Both the position numbers and the translations under genes were made by a program. Below, piece after piece: positions 43,957-52,626 of a stretch of 63,125 nt of DNA. The notes under the pieces were generated by a model. That model worked only from the letters and a program-made list of their open reading frames with translations. It made no database searches and was not told where the DNA came from. Numbering within the stretch: the stretch's first letter is position 1; every line of letters starts with the position of its first letter. Source of the stretch: a virus; the UHGV virus genome UHGV-1373161; one strand, 5' to 3'.

Positions 43957-44426
43957 ATCACCCCCGACAAGTTCAGCTCAGGGATCAGCGCCTCCTTGCG
44001 ACCGGCGGCCACAACGCCGTAGCCAGTCTCGAAGAAGCTCAATCGGCCTTTCAACGGCTGGAAAGGCAGCGGCTTCGAGCCGGAAAGCTGGAAGCCTACC
44101 GGGCCAAAGAACCAGGGCGACGCGCTTTCGCGTGTGGTGCCGGTGATGTGCGTATAGCCGACGATGCCGCCGCGCTCGATCCCTTTGTGCCCAGGCCAGT
44201 TTTGCGGCACGCTGAAATCGTTCCAGCTGGGGAAATTTACATCGTAGAGCTTGTTTTTCAGCAGAATGTCGATTACCGCGCGGTGGTCATCCATCGACGG
44301 CTTTGCTGCGCTGGCGTGGATCAGAACCGCGCCGCGATACTTCGTGTCCCAGCTCCGGTTCTCAATGTCCTTAAAGCCGTTGACGATGAGCCACGCCCAG
44401 GGCTGGCGGATGGAGATTGCTTTCAT
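43953..44426 (-). CDS. ASCH-domain protein
   Basis: MKAISIRQPWAWLIVNGFKDIENRSW is the ASCH signature. Confidence 0.6.
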   Translation of the reverse strand: MKAISIRQPWAWLIVNGFKDIENRSWDTKYRGAVLIHASAAKPSMDDHRAVIDILLKNKLYDVNFPSWNDFSVPQNWPGHKGIERGGIVGYTHITGTTRESASPWFFGPVGFQLSGSKPLPFQPLKGRLSFFETGYGVVAAGRKEALIPELNLSGVI

Positions 44427-44782
44427 AGGCGCACCCCCTTCATGAACGCAGCTCTGAAACGATCCTGGTCAACCTTGACCGTGTTGCTAAGTGGATCGTC
44501 GTACAGGCAGGCCAGCAGCGCGTCGTATTTTTCCTTCTGCTGACGCATAGGATCCGGCCCCATGCAAGGCTCAGAAGCAGCCTTTCCACCGAGCATGGCC
44601 CCACAACTCATGCACTGCTCACCACCGAAATACGTGCGGTGCGAACGGTGTGCTTTCGGAATGGATTTCTCTCGAAGTGAGTTTTCCTCCATCCAAAGGC
44701 GAATTTCATACAGCCTAAGCTCCAGCCCATATATTTTCTCACGCATTTTCCGGCGCTGGTTTCGACCAAATCGTTTGCTCAT
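44423..44782 (-). CDS. Hypothetical Cys-containing protein, 119 aa
   Basis: CMSCGAM...CMGPDP; palindrome site B about 60 nt upstream. Confidence 0.4.
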   Translation of the reverse strand: MSKRFGRNQRRKMREKIYGLELRLYEIRLWMEENSLREKSIPKAHRSHRTYFGGEQCMSCGAMLGGKAASEPCMGPDPMRQQKEKYDALLACLYDDPLSNTVKVDQDRFRAAFMKGVRL

Positions 44783-44828
44783 GCTTTTGCCTTAGCCGCT
44801 CTACGGCGGCGATCCATTGCTGTTTTGA

Positions 44829-46421
44829 TTATTCAGTTGCTGTAATAGCAACACTAGCCGCGTGAATAGCTGAAAGGATCCTGTTTCCTATCCAGCGCAT
44901 CACGGGTACTGCCATTGAATTTCCAATAGCCTTGTAGCGAGGCCCGTCAGCCGCCAGGCGGTGAGCTTCCTCCGCCGTCATGTTCGGGAAATGGTGGCGC
45001 AGGTACGCGTATTCCTCAGCGGTGATCTGCTTGCGCTTCTCTGTAGGGATTAGTGTGTGGTTATCCGGGAATCCCTGAAGGCGCTCGCACTCCACTGGCG
45101 TTAGGCGACGAACTGCCATCTGATGGGAAACAGCTATCCCTTGTGCCGTGTCGAGTGTGTGAGTGATGTTCTCCTGGACGCCCCAGCCATTACTGCTTGT
45201 GTTAGCTGTGCGGATGCCGTAGGCAATGTGTGGAAACTGGTCACTCATTCCTCTGCCGTGGTCAGATTTCAGCGTCGGGAAGACTTCTTCGCTCGGAGCC
45301 GCTCCAGCGGCTCTAGTGCAGTTTCCAGGCTGGAATGCAACCGCCAGCGTCTCATGGTCTGCGCCAGATTTTGCGCGTAGAGCACTCACTCCAGGTGCAA
45401 AAGAAGCGTGTCCGTTACTGCTGAACACAATCGAAACTATCTGCTGCTCACTAATCCCTTTGGCACAATGCAATGTATTTGCCATATCACCTGTCAACTG
45501 AATGCCAGAACCCCGCGTATCTCCCCTGGTGTCAGTAAAGCAACTGGCGACAATCGGCGCTTCGTGGTTGCAGGTGAGCGTAGGCGCGGAATCGTCCGTT
45601 TTAATCTCGGCTCCGCCCTGTCCGTGCGCCATTGCAATCAGGTGTCCTGCTTGTCCCCGGTTATCGTCTGCGCTACGGACTCCAATGCAGTTTGAAGTAA
45701 GGGGGGAAGCTGCCTTCCCCGCGCTTCTGCTCGGCGCAATATCCCGGCGCACGCCATCGGACTCAAAAAGTATTTTGGTGGGATCAATATCGGTTCGAGC
45801 ACTTGCGACAACAAACACACGGCGGCGTCGTTGGGCCACTCCGAAATATTGGGCATCAAGGATCCGCCACGCGATTGTTCTTTTGGGGCCGCGCACATAA
45901 CCAGCGTTCTCCCAGCGCTTCCCTGGTGGTTGTAGCTCACAGTCTTCGCCGGCAAGCAGTCCAAGGAAGGCTCCGAAAGCGTTATCTTTTGAGCTGAGGA
46001 CTCCGGGAACGTTTTCCCAGACGATAATAGCTGGTGGAATTCCTGCTGCTGCTCTGCGGTCGTCGATGGCATCCGCTAATTCTCCGTATGAAATAGTGAG
46101 TTGACCGCGAGGGTCTGAAAGGCCAGCGCGAGCACCGGCCACAGAAAACGCCTGGCATGGCGTGCCGCCGACAAGGATATCCGGCGCGTCCATTTCCCCT
46201 GCGCGCATTTTGGCGGCGAGTTTGGTCATGTCGCCCAGGTTGGGCACTTCAGGCCAGTGGTGCGCCAGAACGGCAGACGGAAAGTCAGGGCCGTTTTTGT
46301 ATTTGTGCTCAGGATCGAACTGAGAGAACCATGCCGGGCTAAAGCCCAGCACTTCCCACGCCACGCTGGCCGCTTCGATGCCGCTGCACACAGAGCCATA
46401 ACTTATCGTGTTGCTTGTCAC
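44829..46421 (-). CDS. DNA cytosine-5 methyltransferase (Dcm-like)
   Basis: GTPCQAFSVAG (motif IV), IVWENV (motif VI), QRRRRVFVV (motif VIII); GTG start at 46421 overlapping the upstream TGA stop, GGAGGG SD. Confidence 0.75.
   Translation of the reverse strand: MTSNTISYGSVCSGIEAASVAWEVLGFSPAWFSQFDPEHKYKNGPDFPSAVLAHHWPEVPNLGDMTKLAAKMRAGEMDAPDILVGGTPCQAFSVAGARAGLSDPRGQLTISYGELADAIDDRRAAAGIPPAIIVWENVPGVLSSKDNAFGAFLGLLAGEDCELQPPGKRWENAGYVRGPKRTIAWRILDAQYFGVAQRRRRVFVVASARTDIDPTKILFESDGVRRDIAPSRSAGKAASPLTSNCIGVRSADDNRGQAGHLIAMAHGQGGAEIKTDDSAPTLTCNHEAPIVASCFTDTRGDTRGSGIQLTGDMANTLHCAKGISEQQIVSIVFSSNGHASFAPGVSALRAKSGADHETLAVAFQPGNCTRAAGAAPSEEVFPTLKSDHGRGMSDQFPHIAYGIRTANTSSNGWGVQENITHTLDTAQGIAVSHQMAVRRLTPVECERLQGFPDNHTLIPTEKRKQITAEEYAYLRHHFPNMTAEEAHRLAADGPRYKAIGNSMAVPVMRWIGNRILSAIHAASVAITATE
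44836..44852. promoter_or_regulatory. 17-bp palindrome site B (GTTGCTgtaatAGCAACac), perfect arms
   Basis: In the 46-nt gap between the dcm stop and the next gene. Confidence 0.6.
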
Positions 46422-46990
46422 TCTTCTGTGCCCTCCGTTGCCGAAACAGCAACACTCTTCCCGCACTTAGGGCAGAACTTCACGCCGTTCTCTTCCGGGC
46501 CGTCTTCCATGAACTGGAATTGATAGCCGCAATCGCTGTGCCAGTTGTTTATGTCTTCTTCGCAGTGCCAAGTGCAGCTATCCGGAATTACCGGAGAGTT
46601 GCCAGGATGGACCGGACACGGCCAGCGCAGTGAACCATCGCCGCTGGGGCAGGTGCAAACAGGAGCTACCGGCGCTGGCTGTGCGTTAGCCGCCGAGCGG
46701 AGCCGGAATGGCAAGTCGAACCACACACCTGCACCTGTCCTGTCTTTAGTGGTAAGCAGGTCTTCAATTGCTGATGCCGCCGTATGAAGCAGGTCTGCGC
46801 TGACTACCGGCGCTGGCGGATAATTTGCCAGCTCGGGCTGAAGCGCCACCGGATAGCTGCCCACTGAGGCCACCAGCTGCCGCAGCGCTTCCAGATAAAA
46901 CTGCTCTTTAAGCGATAGCTCGCCAGCAGATTCCAGGGCCGCGATACGCTCTTTCACTGCTTCTGGTGTGATTTTAATTGTCATCGCCAA
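46418..46990 (-). CDS. Hypothetical protein with C-terminal zinc-ribbon (CPxCG), 190 aa
   Basis: C-term FCPKCGKSV and CTCPSGDG cysteine clusters. Confidence 0.45.
   Translation of the reverse strand: MAMTIKITPEAVKERIAALESAGELSLKEQFYLEALRQLVASVGSYPVALQPELANYPPAPVVSADLLHTAASAIEDLLTTKDRTGAGVWFDLPFRLRSAANAQPAPVAPVCTCPSGDGSLRWPCPVHPGNSPVIPDSCTWHCEEDINNWHSDCGYQFQFMEDGPEENGVKFCPKCGKSVAVSATEGTEE
46437..46453. promoter_or_regulatory. 17-bp palindrome site C (GTTGCCgaaacAGCAACac)
   Basis: Lies within the last codons of the 190-aa gene, 16-32 nt upstream of the dcm start. Confidence 0.55.
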
Positions 46991-47165
46991 TCGCCTTATT
47001 CAGTTGGGTCAGGACGATATCCGTCATGATGCCTTTGCCGTTCAGTTTGACGTGGGCCTGTATCTCGCTGCGCGCAGCTTTGAGCGTGCCGATATTGACC
47101 ATTACCCGGCGCTCGTTTTCTACGTTTATCGCGCGCAGGCGCTCCAGTGGGGTTTGTTCTTTCAT
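46974..47165 (-). CDS. Small hypothetical protein, 63 aa
   Basis: ORF track only. Confidence 0.3.
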   Translation of the reverse strand: MKEQTPLERLRAINVENERRVMVNIGTLKAARSEIQAHVKLNGKGIMTDIVLTQLNKAIGDDN

Positions 47166-47401
47166 GGTTTCACCTGCCCGGTAAGAGCTTCCTGTGAAGC
47201 CTTCGCAATGTACTCAAGACGATTGATGCCAGCCTTTACATTCGGCAACGTCGCAGCAAGGTGGGCGGCATGTAGGCCGCGCTTCAGGCGACTGTTTTCG
47301 TTTCTGAGGCGGCAATTTTCTGCGCTCAAGCGCATTGCATCTGCCTGAAACTCGTTGAACAACCGCCACCAGCCGGGGAAAAGCCACTGAATCATTTTCA
47401 T
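47162..47401 (-). CDS. Hypothetical protein, 79 aa
   Basis: ORF track; overlap-coupled. Confidence 0.35.
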   Translation of the reverse strand: MKMIQWLFPGWWRLFNEFQADAMRLSAENCRLRNENSRLKRGLHAAHLAATLPNVKAGINRLEYIAKASQEALTGQVKP

Positions 47402-47550
47402 GGCGTCACCTGCTTAATCAGCTCAATGACTTTCACCGCCAGGATTGCTCCCGGCACCCAAAACCCCAGCACGCAGACCACAATCGCGATAACCAGAGAG
47501 CGCCACATGCGTGCGTTTTCTGCTTTGAATTGCTCGATTTCGTTGTTCAT
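47398..47550 (-). CDS. Small single-TM protein, 50 aa, not in the ORF track
   Basis: MNNEIEQFKAENARMWRSLVIAIVVCVLGFWVPGAILAVKVIELIKQVTP; ATGA overlap with the downstream gene. Confidence 0.25.
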   Translation of the reverse strand: MNNEIEQFKAENARMWRSLVIAIVVCVLGFWVPGAILAVKVIELIKQVTP

Positions 47551-47840
47551 TCGGCACCGCCTTTGATGCTGGTAATCAGATCTTCGATATCGCCTTCGAT
47601 AAAGTCGCTCACAGTTTCTTCAATGTATGCGTTCTGAACGTCACCCAAAGAGCGTGCCATAGCGATAACATCCTCCAGCGCAGACAGCAGCTCATCGCGC
47701 TGGGCGCTGATGTGTTCAATCTGGTGCTCTGCATCGTGGCGGCTTACCCACTCCCCGGCGTCATCGGGAATCATTACCGGACGCACTCCGCCGATATCGT
47801 GTCCCTGTCTTTGCTTGAAAGCCTGAAGTTTTTTCATCAT
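47547..47840 (-). CDS. Hypothetical acidic protein, ~97 aa
   Basis: ATG 47840 overlaps the Dam stop (ATGA) with GGGAGG upstream. Confidence 0.4.
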   Translation of the reverse strand: MMKKLQAFKQRQGHDIGGVRPVMIPDDAGEWVSRHDAEHQIEHISAQRDELLSALEDVIAMARSLGDVQNAYIEETVSDFIEGDIEDLITSIKGGAE

Positions 47841-48514
47841 GCCTCCCGTTTGAGGGGGTTGTTGTCGTTGGCCCAATCAATACCCATGACGGTGCCGGGC
47901 AGCAGGGCGATATCATTACGGGGGTTCTCGTTGCCCCAGTGGTCCCATCCTGGCGCGTCGCCGCGACTGAAAAGCTCGATGCGCGGCACGTCGCCATAAA
48001 GCAACTCCAGTCGGTGGCGAACCTCCCAGGGTTTTGCGCTGTGCTCACCCAGGCAGCTGTAAACCACCTGTTTGATGTTCCGCGCCTGGCGCTCCAGACC
48101 GGCACCGCGAACCGCGAAAAGCACGTCCTCAGTGTTGGCGCGCGTGTAATTGCCGCCGTTCATGCGGGATTGCTTATTCAGCATGTCCAGCAGGTCGTAG
48201 AAGTCCTGGATCTGGCCTTCGCGCAGCGCCTTATTGAAATGCTCGTCCGCCAGCTCGTTGAACTTCACCCAGGTAAAGCCCTTGATGGTGCGCACGTCGA
48301 AGCCCCAGGCCTTCGCCAGCTGGTGGGCCTCCTCGATGTGCGTGCTGGTGTACCACATAGCCAGTACGGCATCGTCGGCGGCCAGCTCCCACACCGGCAG
48401 GCGCTTAATGTCCTCGATCTTCATTGTGTCGTAGTGGTCGCTGGCTGCGCCGTTGCTGGCCTTGTTCTGGTAGTTCCACGGCGGATCGGCATAAATCAGG
48501 GAGTAGCGCTTCAT
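47837..48514 (-). CDS. DNA N6-adenine methyltransferase, MT-A70 family
   Basis: IYADPPWNY (DPPW catalytic motif). Confidence 0.8.
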   Translation of the reverse strand: MKRYSLIYADPPWNYQNKASNGAASDHYDTMKIEDIKRLPVWELAADDAVLAMWYTSTHIEEAHQLAKAWGFDVRTIKGFTWVKFNELADEHFNKALREGQIQDFYDLLDMLNKQSRMNGGNYTRANTEDVLFAVRGAGLERQARNIKQVVYSCLGEHSAKPWEVRHRLELLYGDVPRIELFSRGDAPGWDHWGNENPRNDIALLPGTVMGIDWANDNNPLKREA

Positions 48515-48849
48515 TCAGCTTCCCCCTCTTCCGGGCGGCGCTCTTCCTCGATGTACACCAGCGAGTGGTCGTAAAGCTCTTCCAGGGGGAAGCCGCGCAG
48601 GGTCTTTGTGTCCGGCATGCCATACGGGCGCTTCAGCTTGTAGCCGTGCTTCTTGATGACGTCGCCCACCAGCACCGGGCCGCCCTGCTCCACCAGCCAC
48701 TGGTGAATGTCGCGGGCCTGCTGGCTCAGATCCAGCGGGTAGGTACCCACGGCAACGGCCACGACGTGTTTGCCGACCTGAATGACCTTCACACCGCCAG
48801 GCTCATGATTCAGGGCTGGCTTGAACGTCGAAAGGTAGTTTGGTTGCAT
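48511..48849 (-). CDS. Hypothetical protein, ~112 aa
   Basis: Second in-frame ATG has AGGGA SD; palindrome site D about 50 nt upstream. Confidence 0.4.
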   Translation of the reverse strand: MQPNYLSTFKPALNHEPGGVKVIQVGKHVVAVAVGTYPLDLSQQARDIHQWLVEQGGPVLVGDVIKKHGYKLKRPYGMPDTKTLRGFPLEELYDHSLVYIEEERRPEEGEAE

Positions 48850-48900
48850 GAACATTCCCTATCGCCTTACGGCGAATCATATTGCTAATCTGCACCGCGC

Positions 48901-48917
48901 GTTGCTAAAACAGCAAC
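48901..48917. promoter_or_regulatory. 17-bp palindrome site D (GTTGCTaaaacAGCAACac), perfect arms
   Basis: In the 70-nt gap between the HNH gene stop and the next gene. Confidence 0.6.
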
Positions 48918-48926
48918 ACCGTGCGC

Positions 48927-49463
48927 CTAAAAATTTTGCCAGAGTTTGCCGTTAGCGATTTTGCTGATAACGGCTTCGGAAACATTCAGCTCGCGCGCCA
49001 GTCGGGAATTTGTCCCGTCTTTCCCGTGCTTTCTATTCGCGATTTCGTTTCTGATATAAGCAACGTCCTTCGCAGACAGCTTTACGTTAGGGTGAGTTTC
49101 GCCGGGCATTCCAAGGCTAACCCCTCTCCCCTTCGCGATCATGTCCGCAACATTATCGGCCTGTGACCCTAAAAACAGGTGGTCGATGTTGATGCACTTA
49201 GGGTTATCGCAGGTATGGCAAACCTTCACCCCATCGGGTATTTCCCCGCGCTCAAGCGTCCAGGTTAGACGATGAGCCAGCCAGCTGCGGCACTTGTAAG
49301 AAACGGTGCCGTAGCCGTCTTTATTAGTCCGCCGATTCCACTCAATGCAGCCATTTGAAGCAATAGAGCTGTACTTCTTCAGCCTTTCGCGAATATTTAC
49401 GAAACTTCTTTGTCCGCGCTTCCTAACAGGGCCAACAAATTCAGTAGTGCTTATTTCACCCAT
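48927..49463 (-). CDS. HNH endonuclease (HNH_3/AP2-type) with C-terminal HTH
   Basis: GYGTVSY...AHRLTW...CHTCDNPKCINIDHL. Confidence 0.7.
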   Translation of the reverse strand: MGEISTTEFVGPVRKRGQRSFVNIRERLKKYSSIASNGCIEWNRRTNKDGYGTVSYKCRSWLAHRLTWTLERGEIPDGVKVCHTCDNPKCINIDHLFLGSQADNVADMIAKGRGVSLGMPGETHPNVKLSAKDVAYIRNEIANRKHGKDGTNSRLARELNVSEAVISKIANGKLWQNF

Positions 49464-49885
49464 TTAAATTCCCATCCTCCACCGTAAGTTTTTTTCTTCG
49501 GCATAACCATCGCAACCGGCCAGGGGAACTTGTCAGCAGCAACTTTCAGCTTCACAAGCGCATCATCCATCACCACTGCTGAGCTTCCCTTCACGTCGAT
49601 GGCCTGAAGCTCGCCGCTCGACAGCATGATGAAAAAATCAATGGTGATCCGGCAGTCGTCCGCAATCTTCAGCGTGATAGCCTCGAAGCACCACCACACT
49701 ATTTCACCAGCCAGGACGCGAGGTGCGATCCACTCGGCGTGGAAGCGGGACTCGGTTTTGTTCATCTGCCCAGTTTTCAGCCTGCCCAGCGCTTGCAATT
49801 TATCTTTGCTGGTGGGCTTCTTCGGACTTTTGCTCTTCTCCTGGCGGGCCTGCAGCTGGTTGAATTCCTCTTCGGTAAATCTCAT
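49451..49885 (-). CDS. Putative PD-(D/E)xK nuclease (DUF1064/VRR-NUC-like)
   Basis: ESRFHAEW ... ITIDFF ... ELQAIDVKG pattern (E..H..W, D, E.K). Confidence 0.4.
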   Translation of the reverse strand: MRFTEEEFNQLQARQEKSKSPKKPTSKDKLQALGRLKTGQMNKTESRFHAEWIAPRVLAGEIVWWCFEAITLKIADDCRITIDFFIMLSSGELQAIDVKGSSAVVMDDALVKLKVAADKFPWPVAMVMPKKKTYGGGWEFKWVK

Positions 49886-49887
49886 CG

Positions 49888-50712
49888 TTAAATGCCTTCA
49901 GGGCGTGATTCCACTACGGCAAAGCACTTCGCAGAGTGATACTTCGCCAGCACAATGCCGCCCGGCTTGCCGTCGAAATAAACATAGTTCTCACGGCCAA
50001 TGCGCTGATCGTGGAACCTGATGCGGTACTTCTTCCCTTCCGGCCATTCGTCGGTAGCGGTGAAGGTTTCTTCCGGTTTCTCTTTGTTCCAGCCCGGCAC
50101 GTAGTCGGCGGTGATCGTCGTCCAGTTACCGTTCACCCACTGGTTTACGTGGACGTAGTGAGTGCGGGCCTGGAAGTGGCGGAACTGGTGATCAAACTCT
50201 TCCTGTGTCGGCGGGCGGCTGAAGTTTTCCACCCAGCTGTTGCGATGGTTTTTATTGCGGTCGGAAACCATTATGCGCCAGTCATAACCGTCTTCATGGG
50301 CGAAGCTATCGGACTCGAAGGAGTCGGGAACCTCGACCACACCGCCGATGGGGCGCTTATTTTCAGCGCTTTCCGCCCATGCCATTTGCGCAAGCACATC
50401 GGGATTGATGCCGTGTTTTTTGGCGGCTTCTGCAATCTGTTCCTGCGAAGAAAATACCTTGCACGGTGGAGTTTCGGTCAGTACGTGCTTGTCATGGCAG
50501 GTGCAAAAACCAGCTGGGCACCCGCAAATGTCGCGCGGCGTTTCCTCCAGCATCTTGCTGAGAGGATTGATTGTAACCACAGTGGTTAGCGCCGTGCGCA
50601 CTGACTGTTTAATCAGCGTCTCCATCCAGGGGAAATCCACCCACTCGCCGCTTTCGATCTTGGTCAGTACCGCTTTCTGTGCCGCTTCGTTAAATTGCTT
50701 CGCAAATTCCAT
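49888..50712 (-). CDS. Hypothetical protein, 274 aa, with Cys cluster
   Basis: CGCPAGFCTCHDKH. Confidence 0.4.
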   Translation of the reverse strand: MEFAKQFNEAAQKAVLTKIESGEWVDFPWMETLIKQSVRTALTTVVTINPLSKMLEETPRDICGCPAGFCTCHDKHVLTETPPCKVFSSQEQIAEAAKKHGINPDVLAQMAWAESAENKRPIGGVVEVPDSFESDSFAHEDGYDWRIMVSDRNKNHRNSWVENFSRPPTQEEFDHQFRHFQARTHYVHVNQWVNGNWTTITADYVPGWNKEKPEETFTATDEWPEGKKYRIRFHDQRIGRENYVYFDGKPGGIVLAKYHSAKCFAVVESRPEGI

Positions 50713-50725
50713 AACCTTTCCTCGG

Positions 50726-51037
50726 TTAGTCAGTTAATCCCAGCTCTTGCCGGGTACGTTCATACAGCTCTTCTTCGGTGCCGAACTGCTCGATGAAGGC
50801 GCGTTTCGCCATGTGGATGCTGGCAATGTCCGGGTGATGCGTGCCGCGATGGTGCGCCGGGCAAAGCGCCAGACTTTTCTGGTGATCACTGCGCTGCCCG
50901 CGCCCCTGGCCCGCCCGAATATGATGGATTTCGGCGGGCGTTCCCGGCGTCCCTTGCACCAGGCAGGCGATACAGCCCAGCTCGGTGATGGCCGCCATCC
51001 ACTCGTTATCTGATTTAGTGCGGTGTTTCGTTGCCAC
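50726..51037 (-). CDS. HNH-family nuclease (Ref-like/DUF968-type)
   Basis: LGCIACLVQG...EIHHI...LCPAHHRG. Confidence 0.5.
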   Translation of the reverse strand: MATKHRTKSDNEWMAAITELGCIACLVQGTPGTPAEIHHIRAGQGRGQRSDHQKSLALCPAHHRGTHHPDIASIHMAKRAFIEQFGTEEELYERTRQELGLTD

Positions 51038-51046
51038 GGTTCCGCC

Positions 51047-51187
51047 TTAGCCTTTACGGCTGCATTTTTTCACGATGGCGCGGCGAATTTCCGCATCGCG
51101 CTCGTCAGAACGCCCACTGAAGTAGCCGATAGCGAAAAATACGGCCGCCACAGTCATGCACAGGGCAAATATGCTATCTCCGCTCAT
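51047..51187 (-). CDS. Small single-TM protein, 46 aa, downstream of cro, not in the ORF track
   Basis: ATG overlaps the cro stop (ATGA); MSGDSIFALCMTVAAVFFAIGYFSGRSDERDAEIRRAIVKKCSRKG. Confidence 0.25.
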   Translation of the reverse strand: MSGDSIFALCMTVAAVFFAIGYFSGRSDERDAEIRRAIVKKCSRKG

Positions 51188-51468
51188 TTCTTCACCTCAT
51201 TGACTTCTGGTGTACCAGGCGAAAGAAGAGCCACAGCCTCAGCAAGTAATTTCCTTGCCTTAGTCACGGCATCATCTTTCTCCCCGTAAGTTTCAAGAAC
51301 CAGAAGACGCAGCGAATCCGTCAGTATCTTCTGCCCGCTTTCAATCCGGCATCCCGTACCTTTCGATACGTGGATGGCCTCCCAGAAATCACGCTGAGAA
51401 ATGCCCTTCTCTTTGCGGTACTGCCGCAGCGTGATCGGGGTGATGTCGTTAATCGATTTAAAAGTCAT
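51184..51468 (-). CDS. Cro-like lytic regulator (XRE HTH), 94 aa
   Basis: Start MTFKSINDITPITLRQYRKEKGISQRDFWEAIHVSKGTGCRIESGQ (HTH_3); divergent from the CI-like gene. Confidence 0.6.
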   Translation of the reverse strand: MTFKSINDITPITLRQYRKEKGISQRDFWEAIHVSKGTGCRIESGQKILTDSLRLLVLETYGEKDDAVTKARKLLAEAVALLSPGTPEVNEVKK

Positions 51469-51481
51469 ATTGCCTCGCCGT

Positions 51482-51530
51482 GTTGTCCTCATAGCAACTA
51501 TGTTGGCAAAAAATAATGCCAAAAGCAAAC
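51482..51530. promoter_or_regulatory. Immunity-region operator cluster: GTTGtcctcatAGCAAC, GTTGGC-N11-GCCAAA, GCAAAC, AGCAACGCAAC half-sites
   Basis: 129-nt divergent cI/cro intergenic region carrying degenerate versions of the genome-wide palindrome. Confidence 0.5.
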
Positions 51531-51597
51531 GCATGATTGCAATTTAGCAACGCAACGGGTAGGAACGTGATCCAAAGTGAAGTACCGGGAGGCGCGT

Positions 51598-52194
51598 ATG
51601 CCTGTGAACAAAAAATATTTTGACGACCTGATGAAAGACCGCCGGATCTCCCTTCGGGCCATCGCCAGGGAAATGAACTGCTCACCGTCACAGCTCTCCA
51701 GAACGTTCGGCGGGTACCGGCGCATGCAGCTGGCAGAAGCCGCAACCATCGCCAGAATGCTCGGCGTACCGGTGGTTGAGGTCATGGTGAATGCCGGTAT
51801 CGAGGAAGTGCGGGGTGAGCGGAAGTACGCCAAAGTGATCGGCTTCCTGAAAGGGGATTTGACCGTCTCCCCTGTCCCTGATGACGTTCGGGAACGGGTG
51901 CCACTTCCGATAGCAGACCTGCCGCCGGATACCGTCGCCATCCAGGCCCGCACAGCGAATACGCCGTTCTCCTTTCTGGATGGATGGGTGTTCTTTGTCG
52001 GCCCAAGGGTGGATGCCAGCGACGAGATCGGCAGCTACTGCGTGGCGCACGTCGAGGGCGGAGACAAGATAATCGGCACGCTTTCGAAGGGCTATCAGCG
52101 CGGGACATACAACGTCACCGGCGCGGCGGGCATCGCAAGGCAGAGTATGAAAGTCGATTGGGTTCGTAGGATTTATTTCACGCAACACGCCTAA
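51598..52194 (+). CDS. CI-like repressor (N-terminal XRE HTH, C-terminal oligomerisation domain, no S24 motif)
   Basis: GGGAGG SD; ISLRAIAREMNCSPSQLSRTFGG HTH; no GDSM/Ser-Lys autoprotease signature. Confidence 0.55.
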   Translation: MPVNKKYFDDLMKDRRISLRAIAREMNCSPSQLSRTFGGYRRMQLAEAATIARMLGVPVVEVMVNAGIEEVRGERKYAKVIGFLKGDLTVSPVPDDVRERVPLPIADLPPDTVAIQARTANTPFSFLDGWVFFVGPRVDASDEIGSYCVAHVEGGDKIIGTLSKGYQRGTYNVTGAAGIARQSMKVDWVRRIYFTQHA

Positions 52195-52217
52195 AAGTGT
52201 TGCCGTTCTCAAATATA

Positions 52218-52235
52218 TTGTTCTAATATAGCAAC
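52218..52235. promoter_or_regulatory. Palindrome-family half-site ATTGTTctaatatAGCAACac downstream of cI
   Basis: Right arm AGCAACAC perfect, left arm degenerate; upstream of the 52295 gene. Confidence 0.35.
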
Positions 52236-52294
52236 ACAGGATTGCAGCGGTTAAATGATGACCGCTCACATAATCACCGTCAAAAGGGGGATTT

Positions 52295-52618
52295 ATGCCG
52301 CAAGGTGCGCGGCGCTGGACCGACGAGGAAAAGGCCTGGTTGGCCTCCAATGCTCACCGGTTCTCTGCTGAATACATCGGGCTGCGCCTGAAGCGCACAG
52401 CAGAGGGCGTAAGATGCAAAGCAGAGCGGATGGGCGTCCGCTTTACCCGGTGGCCAGACGAAGATATCCGCTTCTTACGCAAGAATGCAGCGCGGATGAC
52501 AGCGAGAGAAATAGCCGACGCGCTGGGGAAAGATAAAGGTCAGGTTGTTTATAAAGCGAAGACGGAAGGTATCCTCTTCGGACCAACACGCAGAAAATTC
52601 ACCGCCCTACAGGGCTAA
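52295..52618 (+). CDS. Hypothetical protein, 107 aa (possible SANT/Myb-like DNA-binding)
   Basis: WTDEEKAWLASNAHRF... Confidence 0.4.
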   Translation: MPQGARRWTDEEKAWLASNAHRFSAEYIGLRLKRTAEGVRCKAERMGVRFTRWPDEDIRFLRKNAARMTAREIADALGKDKGQVVYKAKTEGILFGPTRRKFTALQG

Positions 52619-52626
52619 GGAAAGGT

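Noticed and set aside
51598-52194. LexA/S24 autopeptidase domain in the CI-like repressor
   Set aside because: No GDSM/Ser-Lys motif found; kept as an HTH repressor without a cleavage call
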